64,000 bases of DNA from Monocercomonoides exilis PA203 (Eukaryota; Protista; Preaxostyla). Of this stretch, positions 23,707 through 35,003 are shown piece by piece (the first letter of the stretch is position 1; the number at the start of each line of letters is the position of its first letter). A program made the position numbers and the translations under genes. The DNA lies in contig LSRY02000054.1 in NCBI GenBank assembly GCA_001643675.2, positions 1 through 64,000 on the forward strand, given 5' to 3'. Below the pieces are notes generated by a model. It did no database searches. It saw only the letters and a program-made list of their open reading frames with translations, and was not told where the DNA came from.

Positions 23707-25798
23707 GCCCAGTTCTCAAGGAAACAGAGCAAAGGAGGCAAATAGGAGGGAGGACCGCTTTGTTCCTCTCAGCATGGAAGAAAATCGGAGGAGAGAAATT
23801 GATATGCAAAAAAGTGCAGGCCACATGGAAGAGCAAGCAAGCCAGAAAAGCTCTCAGCAAAGCTCAGTTCAGAGACTGAGCGTTGCTTCTCATTCAACAA
23901 AATATACAGGAATTCAAGATGATATTAGAAGAACAAATACGAACAGGAGTCGTTATCCCGATGGAGCAGAATGATGTGAAATACAGAAACAATGTTTTCC
24001 TCATTCAAAGAAGTCAGGCAGCTGGAGACAAATTCTCGATTGTCGGAAACTGAATGCAGAGGTGAAAAGAACACATTTCAAGTGCGACGGTGAGAAGACA
24101 GTGGAGCGGCTGATAAGACGGAAGAATAACGCTGTATCCCTAGACTTGGAACAAGCTTATTATCTAATCCCAGTCTCAAAAGAACTAATACCCTATCTTG
24201 CTTTCAGATTCATGGGAAGAGATTACTCCTTCAAAGGCATGCCTTTCAGCTTTGAAGATGCACCGCAACTGTTCACACATATAATGAGGAAGGTGACAGT
24301 GGAGATAAGAAAAAGATGGGATGTCAGAGTCGTTGCCTATTTGGACGATCTTCTTTTTCTGCATCAAGATCAAGAAGTCTTGAAGAAAATAATTCAGGAA
24401 ATAATCGTATTTTTGGAAAGCCTCGATCTGCTGATAGACAAGAAGAAGTGCAACCTCATTCCGAGTTCGCAGTTCAGTTTTTTGGGATTCGAATGGAACA
24501 CAACCAGCTTCGATGTTTGTCTATCAAAGGAAAGAAGATAGGCAGTGCGAGAGCTGTGTCACAAGTGGGAGAGATTATGCATAAGAGCCAAGACTGTCAG
24601 AGTGAAGGACTTCGCATCATTCGTGGGAAAGCTCAGTTCTACACGCTTCGTTCTGCCAGATGCATCTTTACACCTCCAATCAATCTGCAAATTGTTGCAG
24701 AAAGGAGTTACGACAGGCGGATGGGATGGAATGATGAGGCTGAATGCGTCAATCCTCCAGCAGATAAGAAGATGGAGATGGACATTGAGGAAGAACCCCA
24801 GACGCAGACTAAATCCAGTGTTTATTCCAGAAGCAGTTCTAACCACAGATGCATCAGAATGCTCCTGGGGAGCAACCCTCAGAATTAACAGAATGTCACT
24901 AGATTGTCACAGTCGTTTTCCATTCTCCATGAAAAACCAATCATCCAACTACAGAGAATTAAAAGCAGTAGAACTTGCTTTAACTCACTTTGCCCCAATC
25001 CTATCAGAAAGTCGGATATCACAGTTACAACTTCGGTCAGACAATTCGGCAGTCGTTTTCAACGTGAACAGATGGAATGCAGGAAGGAATCTTCGCCCGA
25101 CACTCAAAAGGATATGGACATTGAAGGAGAAATTGAATATAGTCCTGAAAGCAGTTCATCTCCCCGGATTGCGAAACACAAGAGCCGATGCTTTATCCCG
25201 CCTGGAAAGAGCAGGAGACTACAGCATTGCAGACAGCGAGCTCACAGAAATCTTGGCAACTCTTCAAGTTTCTCCAACGCTGGATGCCTTTGCAGCTCAA
25301 CACAACCACAAGGTCGAGCGTTGGTGCGGAATAGGAAGCCCATTGGGAGAAGACGGTCTGGCATATCCATGGAAGAACGAGTGCGTTCTGGTACACCCAC
25401 CTATTCCACTGATTCCAATGACGATTCGGAAGGCACAGAAGGAGAGAGTACCAGTAGTATTACTCCTGCCGAACTGGAAAGGGCAGAACTGGGATGTGCT
25501 ATTGGAGATAAAACCTCATCGGACATTCGAATGGAGGAGTCTGAGAACAGTGTTGAGAAAGGGGCTATCAATGACAAACACAGGTGCATGTCTCCTTCCA
25601 GGAAGGTTGAGAGCCATATTGATCAATCCACCAGAGAGAAAGGCGAGAGCTGGTGGAGAAGGGCGTTGGAGGAAAGAGCTTTCCCGGTTTCACTGGCAGA
25701 GGAATGCAGAGCAGGAATTGCTCTGTCGACGTGGGGTGGATATTTATTCGGCTTCGCACACTTTGGAGAACAGTGGGAAAAAAGTGATATGGGCATAA
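23670..25798 (+). pseudogene. DIRS ORF2: reverse transcriptase, RNase H and methyltransferase-like domains
   Basis: RT motifs IGGRTALFLSAW, KKSGSWRQILDCRKLN, LDLEQAY, GMPFS, YLDD (24338-24349), FLGFEW. RNase H motifs TDAS, RELKA, SDN, ADALSR. MT-like LDAFA..HPPIPLI..LPNWKGQNW. Lesions: TGA 23877, frameshift near 24005, TAG 24539. Confidence 0.9.
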
Positions 25799-26997
25799 TT
25801 CCAGAGGATATTAATGAATGGGCCGCTCAATGTTCGAGTATTTTCATAACACTCAAAGACAATGGAATGAAACTGTCATGTTTGCAACTTATCCTCTCAG
25901 CTATTTCATTCTTCACAAGCTTGGTTTTCAACACAAATTTGGGGGATATTCCTATAATAAAAATACTGTTCAGAGGGTTTAGAAGAACGGAGATGACAAG
26001 AAAGAAGAAGGTTCAAGAGATCTGGAATCCGAAGACCATTTTGACATACTTTTCTAGTCTTGGAGAAAATCAGACTTTGAGCTTCAAACATCTGACAATG
26101 AAAGTCATTGTGCTTACAATGTTATTCACTGCGTGCAGGTTTACAGAGTTGGAAAGGGTAGATATGGAACGATCCAGATTCGAGCATGAAGGAATATACC
26201 TGAACACAAGGCCAAAAACATCGCTTAATCGAACAGAGATTGCCGTTCCGTTTTTGAATGAAAACCCAGCGATTTGCCCAGCTTCGGCCATTCAGGTTTT
26301 GTGGGAAGAAATACAAAGAAGAAGACCAAATGGAAATAAATTGTTTTTAAATACCGAAACATTTCATCCTCGAACAGTAAAAGGAATCAGACGATTGGCA
26401 AAGGAGACGTTAAAGGAAGCAGGAATTCCGAGCCATTTTACTCCTTATTCAATAAAGGCTGCAACACTTTCAACGCTAACGATGTCTGGAATTCCACCAA
26501 CTCAGATTGCGAAGTTTGCCCGACTATCCCCTAGAACAGACACTTTGGTAAAGCATTATGTGAAGGCCAATCTTGCTTCAACCTTTGGAAAAGTGATTGC
26601 TTCAACTATGAATGCTCCCAGTGAAGAGTTAGCAACCAAGCGGTCGGCAGAGGATGGTGGCAAGGCGTGTGTCAGACCAGAAAGAGACCAGAAGCACAAA
26701 GAGGAGAGAAGGTCAATGGAATCTGGAATGGTGTTAAGGGACAATAAGCGCCTGATGAAGCCACATATGAGTGTGGAAGAAGCGAAAAATTCTGTTGAAT
26801 TTCCCTCTCGAGTGGATGAGCCTGACGATGAGATGGAGAAACGAGAACCACTTGAAGAACAATTCATTATTCGAACAAGGTCGCAAGCAAAAAAGGAGGA
26901 AGAAAACAACAAAGCAAAGAAGACGCACACTGTGGTAGTGATGATGGCTTCATCATCCAACAAATTGATTCTCTCAAACAAGAGAAGGAATCGATGA
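24904..26997 (+). CDS. DIRS ORF3 tyrosine recombinase (overlaps ORF2; YR fold from about 25630)
   Basis: Uninterrupted 697-aa frame with TACRFTEL (R), RPKTS (K), ICPA, PYSIKAA (HxxR position) and VKHY (Y nucleophile). Confidence 0.85.
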   Translation: MSQSFSILHEKPIIQLQRIKSSRTCFNSLCPNPIRKSDITVTTSVRQFGSRFQREQMECRKESSPDTQKDMDIEGEIEYSPESSSSPRIAKHKSRCFIPPGKSRRLQHCRQRAHRNLGNSSSFSNAGCLCSSTQPQGRALVRNRKPIGRRRSGISMEERVRSGTPTYSTDSNDDSEGTEGESTSSITPAELERAELGCAIGDKTSSDIRMEESENSVEKGAINDKHRCMSPSRKVESHIDQSTREKGESWWRRALEERAFPVSLAEECRAGIALSTWGGYLFGFAHFGEQWEKSDMGIIPEDINEWAAQCSSIFITLKDNGMKLSCLQLILSAISFFTSLVFNTNLGDIPIIKILFRGFRRTEMTRKKKVQEIWNPKTILTYFSSLGENQTLSFKHLTMKVIVLTMLFTACRFTELERVDMERSRFEHEGIYLNTRPKTSLNRTEIAVPFLNENPAICPASAIQVLWEEIQRRRPNGNKLFLNTETFHPRTVKGIRRLAKETLKEAGIPSHFTPYSIKAATLSTLTMSGIPPTQIAKFARLSPRTDTLVKHYVKANLASTFGKVIASTMNAPSEELATKRSAEDGGKACVRPERDQKHKEERRSMESGMVLRDNKRLMKPHMSVEEAKNSVEFPSRVDEPDDEMEKREPLEEQFIIRTRSQAKKEEENNKAKKTHTVVVMMASSSNKLILSNKRRNR

Positions 26998-27071
26998 AAC
27001 ACTTTCTTGATAATTAAGGTGCTTATGCACTTTAATTAAAAAAGAAAGTGGAGAATCAATTCCTTCTCTTG
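26971..27071 (+). repeat. DIRS internal complementary region (ICR)
   Basis: Left half is the reverse complement of the element start; right half (27036-27071) is the reverse complement of the element end. They join at GCACTTTAA-TTA-AAAAAGAAAGTG. Confidence 0.9.
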
Positions 27072-27203
27072 CCCACCACCGTTTTCACTCCCACCGTTTG
27101 AAGTTCTGTTTTCAAAACTGTTTGTGTTTTTTGTAGTTCCTTCTCTTTGCGCTTTTTGGTTTTATAAGCGCAAAGCGGTTTTTATCCAATTCACCCTTAC
27201 ATA

Positions 27204-27279
27204 CAAATGGGCGACTGACCCATAGATTGTGGCGTCTCTCAAACAAGAGAAGGAATTGATTCATCACTTTCTTTTTTAA
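27204..27279 (+). repeat. DIRS right inverted terminal repeat with 3' extension
   Basis: GGCGACTGACCCATAGATTGTGGCGTCTCTCAAACAAGAGAAGGAATTGAT inverts the left ITR; the terminal CACTTTCTTTTTTAA matches only the ICR. Confidence 0.9.
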
Positions 27280-27503
27280 ATAATGTTGAATCCTTTTCAA
27301 TATAATTTCGAAAAAAATATAATTTTTTGTATTCAATGAAAAAATTGATTTTCAGATTGAATTTAAAAAAATGAAGGAAATTGTTATTAGACAACATATT
27401 CATAACTTGAAATTGTTTGTCCAAATAAACAATCAGGAAAAAAAGAACACAATCTTAATAAGTATTTTTTTCTTTTCTTTCAGATGAATCAAATGAGATA
27501 AAA

Positions 27504-28680
27504 ATGGCTTCTTCATTTGAAGAATTGAACGAAGAGCTGTGTAAAGTTCGTTAGATAGAAATAAAACATTTTCCTGATGATTTTCTCTTATCACTTTTAT
27601 TTTCAGAGTTGCTTGCAACGCATGAAAAATATTCTGAAAATGAACAAAAACATATGTTTTGTGAATAGGATGATATTGTTAAAGAGATGGATGGTTATGG
27701 ACAGTTTTCAGTTTTGACTGTGGAAATGCTCGAAAGAATCGAATGAATGATCGCAGAAATAATATTTTCAATTAAAAACTCACTTTTTTTTCTGAACCAG
27801 ATGGGATATTTCAATATGTTGAAAGACAAACAGAGAAAATGTTAATATTTTTCTTTATCAAGCAATAGAATCAGAAAGATGATTGTTGACAAAGAGCAGA
27901 AGAATGAAGGGAAGAATGAAAAGTTGCATGCTGTTCTTTGTGGATTCTATCTGTTTTTGATACAAAGTTTATTTTACTGAATCGTTTTCCATCTGAGTGC
28001 CTGTCATTCAGAAAGTTGCCTTAAAAAAGATGAAAACGAGGATGCACAAAAAGAAAGTAGAAATTGCTTTGCAGGCTTTAAGTTTCATTTGTGGGAATTA
28101 CGTTTGAAATTTTCATAATTCTTTTTGTTTTTTGATGTGTTTTTATAAATATTAAAGCAGAAAATTCAAAAAAGATTGAACTTGGATGAAATTAAAGAAA
28201 TCCACAAACATCATAAGGAGCATCGCAATCTGATTAGACCGGCATATCAGTGTGCTTGGTCACTTATTTTCACCTGAAAATACCAAGAATAAAGAAAGGA
28301 ACAAGTGATTGTGAATGAACTGCATTTTGCGAGAGAGGCAATAAATGAACTTTAGGGATTATTGAAATGAACTGATAGGAAGAAGAAAGAAGAAGAAAGA
28401 AGAGAAGAAAAAGCGAATGATGCGGATATTTAAAAGAAATGACTCCAATAAATTAACGAGTTCTTTTTGCTTTTTAAGCCATGGAATGATGAATTCAATG
28501 AAATAGTTCGTTGTGTTGTTGGAGTGTGCAGAGCAGCAAAAGAGAATGAAAATGAAATACATGAAGAGGGACTATCTCTTTTGCACACAATTATAAACAC
28601 GGAGTATGTTCGTTCAGATGTCTTTTTGAATGGAAGTGTGTTTTATCTAATATTGAAGGAGATGCAACAGCCAACATTTG
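27504..28680 (+). pseudogene. Decayed copy of the helical-protein family at 35004 and 51796; 3'-truncated
   Basis: Family motifs HKEHRNLIRPAYQCAW, IVNELHFAREA and EMQQPTF lie among many stops and frameshifts; similarity ends at about 28680. Confidence 0.75.
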
Positions 28681-28881
28681 TCGACACTTCGTTACTCTTC
28701 CACATAACATTCAATTTGAGCATTTCGGAATATGCTCACTTTGCCTTACAAGCCAAAAATAATTCAAACGTCTTTGTTTTTATTTATAAATTGTAGTATT
28801 GCATAAATAACATGTTGATAATAGCGGGTTTAAGTTATTTCAATTTTAAAAGTGTATGAAAAAATAAAAAAAAATTATTAT

Positions 28882-29781
28882 TTATAAAGATTGAAAATGA
28901 TAAGATTCAAAATATTCACTAGCATCTGCTCCATCTCCTGGGTCGTCGTAATCTTCTTCATGAATTTCAACTGCTTCCTGCTCAATTTGGGGAACATCTG
29001 CTTCATTGTCTCCTTCTCCATCATCATAGTCATGGGGAAATGCAGCTTCAGTAGGTATATAATTAGTAACATTCCTCACAAATTCTGGGAATAGCATTTC
29101 TTTTTCTCGTTGAAGCAAAAATGAAGCAATAAAATCATCAATGAATTTTTCTTTGATTCCACATGGAGGCAATGAACTTCTGAAATGAGATCAACAACCT
29201 TCTATCAAATTTGTGCATACTCCAGTTTCTGTATTTTTGAATTCGTATTTGTAGCAAACTGTCTGATGTTTGTAACCTAATTCATTCAAGCATTTATATG
29301 CACCCCACTCATCACTGTAAATCGTTGTTCCTTTCTGGATGTTGGCTTCAATTATGCGTATCAAAGTCTCCTTTTTTCTGTCAAAAACTCTGATAATTGA
29401 ACATTTACCGATTTTATCGTTTTCTTTTCTTTCTTCTGCTCCAAAAAGCCAAATTTGTTTCTTCTTTTTCACTTTGTGGAACATTCTTTTTCTCAAAATC
29501 GAACAATCCATTTCCACAATACATCGTTCTCCTCAAAGAATAAACCTCACGCTCGACATTCGAATTCCAATTGATGCACTTTCAACAGAATACAAATCAC
29601 CGACCATGATTATACCAACTCCATTCAGATATGAACATTGAAAAAACATGAATTTTTCGACAGAGATGCAAATGAAAAAAAAAAGAGTTGATTTTGAGAT
29701 GGCTTCGATGAAAAGAAGTCTTCTAAAAATGTGAAATAAATATGTTGCATGCTGAACATCTCCATGATCGATTTGTTTCAT
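28882..29781 (-). mobile_element. Merlin/IS1595(ISXO2)-like DDE transposase remnant
   Basis: VEMDCS..QIWLFGAEER..TLIRIIEANIQKGTTIYSDEWGAY..GYKHQTV..FKNTETGVCTNLIEG matches the family pattern. In-frame TGA stops at about 29191 and 29533. Confidence 0.8.
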
Positions 29782-29848
29782 CGACTGTTGTTAATTTCAT
29801 ATATCTTCGATAAGATGTGCATTTTAATATTTCATTAAAAATGATGAT

Positions 29849-30107
29849 ATGGGTGATAATTTTTGAAATCATAACTTATTTTGGTGTGTTGTTTTATTAA
29901 AGGTTGTTTGTTTTTGGAAAGAGATTTTGTATTCAAACACAAAACTCATCACAACTGTTTGAAAAACTAATGTTTCAGCAGAAATTAAGATAAAAATGTT
30001 TATTATTAGTCTTTTCACTTTTCAGTGATCATTTATTTATATTTAAAAGAAAATTATGAACCGAAATTTTTAAATGAAAAAACATGGTTTCTTAAATAAT
30101 CACCCAT
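29849..30107. mobile_element. MITE family B, copy 3
   Basis: ATGGGTGATAATTTTTGAAATC / AAATAATCACCCAT; colinear with 6245-6508. Confidence 0.65.
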
Positions 30108-30408
30108 TATATCATATAATTCGTATATTAAAAATAGCTAAAAAAATAAATGTTATAACGGTGTTTTCAAGATTTTCTCAATTTCTCTTGTTTTTCAATA
30201 AGTCCTTCACATTTCATTCACATTTCACTTATAAATACATAATTTATTTTTTTATTCCTCATACAACGATTTCTTGAACAAAGATCTTTCTTCGAACAAA
30301 GTTATGATATGAAAAATAATGACCCATATTTTGTTTCAAAAATTATAATTTCAACAAAATTTCCATATCTTGTGTCCAAAATTTAATTCTTATCGTGTGT
30401 GCAAACAG

Positions 30409-30762
30409 TTTGTGCAAAAAAATACCGGACAAGATCGATTTCTCAATGACCGCAAGAGGAATAATTCTGTCAATTTTCCTCAAAATATATCTCATCAATG
30501 AAAACTCATTTGATAAACGTGACTTTCAAAATTGCTTCATTTGTGCTCAGAAAAAAACTGTTTCAAAAATCTCGGAGAAACTCAAAATCCTATTTCTCCG
30601 AGATTTCAATCATTAATTTTTTCTGAACACAAATGAAGCTATTTTGATAGTTTTGTTTATGAAATGAGTTTGTATTGATGAGATATATTTTGAGGAAAAT
30701 TGACAGAATTATTCCTCTTGCGTTCATTGAGAAATCGATCTTGTCCGGTATTTTTGCACAAA
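30409..30762. mobile_element. Foldback element with ~170-bp inverted arms and a 12-nt spacer
   Basis: ATACCGGACAAGATCGATTTCTCAATGA.CGCAAGAGGAATAATTCTGTCAATTTTCCTCAAAATATATCTCATCAAT is present inverted at the right end; spacer 30581-30592. Confidence 0.85.
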
Positions 30763-30781
30763 TTAAACTCACTTTTAATTT

Positions 30782-30936
30782 CACTTGATACTCTTCCACA
30801 TTCAAATGTATTTTGTTCCATCTGTTACTTTAATTTAATTTAACAATATTAAATTAAAGTAACAGATGGAACAAAAATACACAACGCTTTCCCACATTTG
30901 AATGTGGAAGAGTATTTCGAAAGAAAATATCAAGTG
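30782..30936. repeat. Second palindromic element adjacent to the foldback
   Basis: ATACTCTTCCACATTCAAATGT pairs with ACATTTGAATGTGGAAGAGTAT; TTTTGTTCCATCTGTTACTTTAATTTAAT pairs with ATTAAATTAAAGTAACAGATGGAACAAAA. Confidence 0.8.
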
Positions 30937-31930
30937 TGCGGGTTTTTGCAAAAGTGAGGATTCATGCACACACTATTAATTTTTGAAGTGTTGATATTAT
31001 CATGAAAATATAACAACAACAAATTTAGTTTTTTCGATGTTTATTCGTATTAATCATTTCAAATAATCATATTTTCTTATGTTCTTATGAAAAATATTTC
31101 ATTTTTGTCATATGAGGCAAAGTTGTGCACTTGCCGATTATTTTGTAAATGTTTGGGGAAAAAATGCATTTCTTTCTGCCTCACTTCTATTTTTTATTTT
31201 ATTTTTCACAATTCGAATTGCAGTTCAATTACATCTTTTTTGAAGATTATTCAAAGTCTTCTTTTATTCTTTGAGCCTAACATTGTTTCTTCTTTGAAAA
31301 CAAAAGCCATTTCAGCAGCAAAATATATTACTTTCTTTTCACAAAAGAAAATTCAAAAGAAGAATATTGCATGAGAGTAATATTTTCCGTTTGCCAAAAT
31401 AAAATGGAAAATGAAAGAAAACTTAACTCAAGAAACCTTCTTTGCTGAATGAAAATTACAAAAACGGAAAGAAAGACGCTTGAAAAACAAAATTAAAAAT
31501 GTATACATCGCATTGCATAATTTCAAAAACCTAAAAATAGAATATAACAACAAAATATTTCTGCAAATTCAAAAAAAGACTCAGTCAAATATTGATGCAA
31601 ACTGAATCAAACTGCTATTACAGTGCACTTCAACAAATTCATCAGAAAGCTTCTCTTCTATCCATGGCTTCTTCTTTTAAAAAAGTGGATAAATAGCAAT
31701 CAGAATTCAGGGTTTTCATTTGACATAGAAACAAAAACAGAATCAGGAAGACGAATCAAACATCTCTTGAGCTGTTTTCCGAAATAAAAAAACGCACAAA
31801 TTCTGTTATTCATGTCAATCTCCAATGAAACTGCACATGAAATACTTAGAAATTCACTAGCTACAACATAGCTTTCGAAACGAAGAACATTTTCTTCAAA
31901 CTTTGCACTTGTCCCACCAAGCTGATCGAT

Positions 31931-32791
31931 TCAATTATTTTGTAAAATTATAAAAGTCTCAATCAAAGCAGCTCCAATTTCTAAAATTAGATCTATCGCA
32001 ATGAACACTATGTGCATCGCCAAATTCCTTCTCGAATGGCAAACGATGACAAAAGGGTTCCTACTTCGTAAGAAATCCATAACCTTTGAGCCATTCCATT
32101 TTCGTTCCAGATAAACATGCAATGGAAGCACATCCCATGACTCCACAAGTTCTCCCACTAAAAACAAAAAGATAATCTTTCTTATTCTCTGAGCGGATAG
32201 ATTTTGCCTCGTCTCCCACGCAAGCTTTTGAAGTAATTTCCAATCCCTTGAATCGACATGAACCAAAAAGGCTTTCATTTTTGATTGAATCCTCCTGAAT
32301 TGTCAAAGTGCCAGATTCTGGTGACTCACGTTCTTCTATCTTTTGTGTTGATGATCTGCTTTGATTCAATTCATCTGAGTCCTCAGCCACGCTAATTCCA
32401 TAAATGCTCTCTTTCCCAGAAAAATGAAATTCATTTGGATTGTATCTTTCGTTCATTTAATCCAAAAAGTTTCAGCTGCTCCATTCTCAACTGAAGTTGG
32501 TGGAAAGCAATTCAATAGAAGGCTTGACGTATTGTAAACGATAAAAATTTGCTCTGTTGTCATTGACATAAGCAAAAGATTCGTCGATGCGACTTTTGCT
32601 CCTTTTGGTGCGGGAGAAAAAATGCAAGAACATAAATTGCATAACGGCTGTTTGTCATCGATGCAAACTCATTGAGGAATATCTCCCATGATGCTTACCA
32701 CAATACAAGCAATTTTTATCGAGTAAATTTCTTCCTGGGATTTGTGGAAGTTGTCTATCAATAATTCCAGCACACAAAAGTCAGTATCCAT
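31931..32791 (-). pseudogene. Probable decayed gene of unknown family
   Basis: Coding-like composition and a 131-aa ORF (32061-32456) that extends upstream through stops; no recognised motif. Confidence 0.3.
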
Positions 32792-33159
32792 TTGAAAAGG
32801 AATTTTTGTTTTTTCTGCGAATTAAAAAACTTTTCAAAAAATGCAACAAAGCAATTGCGCAGATATTCACTCGCTCGAAAAGTTATTTCAAGCATTGCTA
32901 AGCTCTTCGAATGATTTCGCCATTTCTCCCATTTGGTTGCTCAAAATTTTGTTTTGAGCGAAATCCCAAATAAAAAAGTGAATGCAAAAGTCAAAATAGT
33001 ATCAAAAAATTTTTATATGGGATAGAAATTTTTCACACATTTCTCAAACTTATTTTTTTGAATAAAAAAGGAAATAAAACAAAAAAAAACTATACTAAAT
33101 TAAAATAAATTAAACAAATAAAAAATTCGAAGTCCATGAATGTTTTCAAAAAATAGAAA

Positions 33160-33560
33160 AACGAAGAAGTGGAAGAAGGCGAAGAAGAAGGAGAAGAAGA
33201 AGAAGAGGAAGAGGAAGAGGAAGAGGAAGAAAAGGAAGAAGAAATGAAAGAGAAAATAAAAGAAATGGAAGAAGAAAATGTTTGTGAAGGGATAAAAGGA
33301 GAATTCGCAAAGTTTGAAGAGAAAGATGAAGTGAAGTTATCAGGTGCTGTGTATGGGGTGTTGAAAGGAGAAGAAGAAGAAGAGGAAGAAGAAAACGTTT
33401 GATTTCCTTCTTTTTCATTCGAAACGTCCATTTTAACTCGCATTTTGGCTGAATTTGCTTGTCTTTTTGAGCGTTTTTCTTTCGAATTTTTTGAAGAAGA
33501 AAAAGAATCAAATGAAGAAGCATTTGAAGAAGAAGAAGATGATGATGATGATGAAGCTTG
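33160..33560. repeat. GAA-rich low-complexity tract, probably a gene remnant (poly-Ser on minus or poly-Glu on plus)
   Basis: GAA/GAG/GAT runs are directly visible; coding strand unresolved. Confidence 0.5.
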
Positions 33561-35003
33561 TGCTGAATGATCAGGATGCAACAAAATAACAGCATTTGCA
33601 AACAGAATTCATTAATCAGCAGATATGAGAAAAGAAAGAAAGAAAGAAAGAAAGAAAGAAGAAAAAAAGGCCGAAAGAGAAATGGAATGAAACGAGTTGG
33701 ATTGTGCTCTTCTGGAGGAAGTTAAACGACAAATGTGGACAAGACTCATTTGAAGAAAATGAAGAAATATTGAATGGATTCGAATTTCACTGCAGCCAAC
33801 AGCAATAAGAGAAGGAAGATTTATTTTGTGTCGCAACATGAGAATTTGTTGGCTATTCAAACAACAAATTCTCAAATAAGAAGAAGATGTTCTTTTCATC
33901 AGCCAAGTTAAAAAAATATCATCAATGAAGAGATCGAAGGAGAATGAAAAGGAGAAGGAACCACACGATTTGTAAAAATGCTGCTTAAAATGCATTGTCC
34001 TTGGGAATGTTGCTCAACATAAAAAAAATGATGTTGTCTGGAATGGAAATAAAAAGATATAAAATAAAAATAATTAGTTTTGCATTGATTGAAAAAATTC
34101 TTCAAAAGAACACACCTGCTCTTCTTATAGAAAAAGCAGAGGATTGTCCATCACTGATACTTCCATTCTCCTTTTCCAATGTTTCACAGTGCTCCTTTCT
34201 CCACCGTACATTTTCCCCCATAAATATCCTGCTTTCCATATTGTTATCCACATTTTTTCCTGAAAAAAAAATATTCAGTATTATTTCTTTCCAATAACTG
34301 TCCAATTGTTGGAATTCTTCTTTTTTTTCCTCTCATCCAAATGCTTTTCCATCGGATTAATTTTTCAGGACCTCTCCAAACCGAACACATAAAATCTTCA
34401 ATTCACATCTGCTGATTATATCTCTCCATCCAGCACTCTTCTGATATTCTCCTCAGAAAAACAAAATAAAGTATATTTGGATTATTTATCAGATTCTTGG
34501 ACTCTGAAAAGATTATTTATAAAAGCATCTTCTAAACAAACAAGAACGATAAAAAACGCATACATGCAAATATTTTGATTTCAAAAAAATAGTTGAATTT
34601 CCTTCAAAGATGCTTTTCATAAAAATCATCTCGCACAATTCCATCATCAATTCCCCTCCGTCGCTGTCTCGTGCAACCTCTCAAAATAATATCGCCCATT
34701 CCGCAGAAAATATTTGTTCTCCATCTCTCATTTTGGCAAGGAATATTTTTGTTCTTTCAAATCTGATGATCTGAATCTCCATTACTGCAAACACAAAAAA
34801 AGATTTATCGTTTTTTCTTTCTTTCATTCTTTCTTTGTAACGCCTTGCCAAATATCACCAACAACTCAGAATGGTATAACAACTTATGCTTTCATGGTTG
34901 CTTTGAGCTTATATTTTGCACCGATTTCTTCTTTCCAATGGTATCTGAACTCAAATCAAATGACAAATATTCATTACTTTCTGCCTGCAATGCGCTTTCA
35001 AAA

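Larger units (their letters stand above)
22683..27279 (+). mobile_element. Full-length DIRS-type tyrosine-recombinase retrotransposon with inactivating lesions in RT
   Basis: Order is gag-like ORF, RT, RNase H, MT-like, then overlapping YR. Non-identical inverted termini and an ICR complementary to both ends are present. Boundaries are confirmed by the empty paralogous site at 41661-41682. Confidence 0.93.

Noticed and set aside
22683-27279. Prokaryotic retron, DGR or integrase-shufflon interpretation of RT plus tyrosine recombinase
   Set aside because: Intron-containing eukaryotic context, the RT-RNase H-MT-YR order and the ITR/ICR ends fit DIRS fully.
30395-30805. Two mirrored ORFs sharing KIPDKIDFSM.ARGIILSIFLKIYLIN
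   Set aside because: They are a by-product of the DNA palindrome 30409-30762, not genes.
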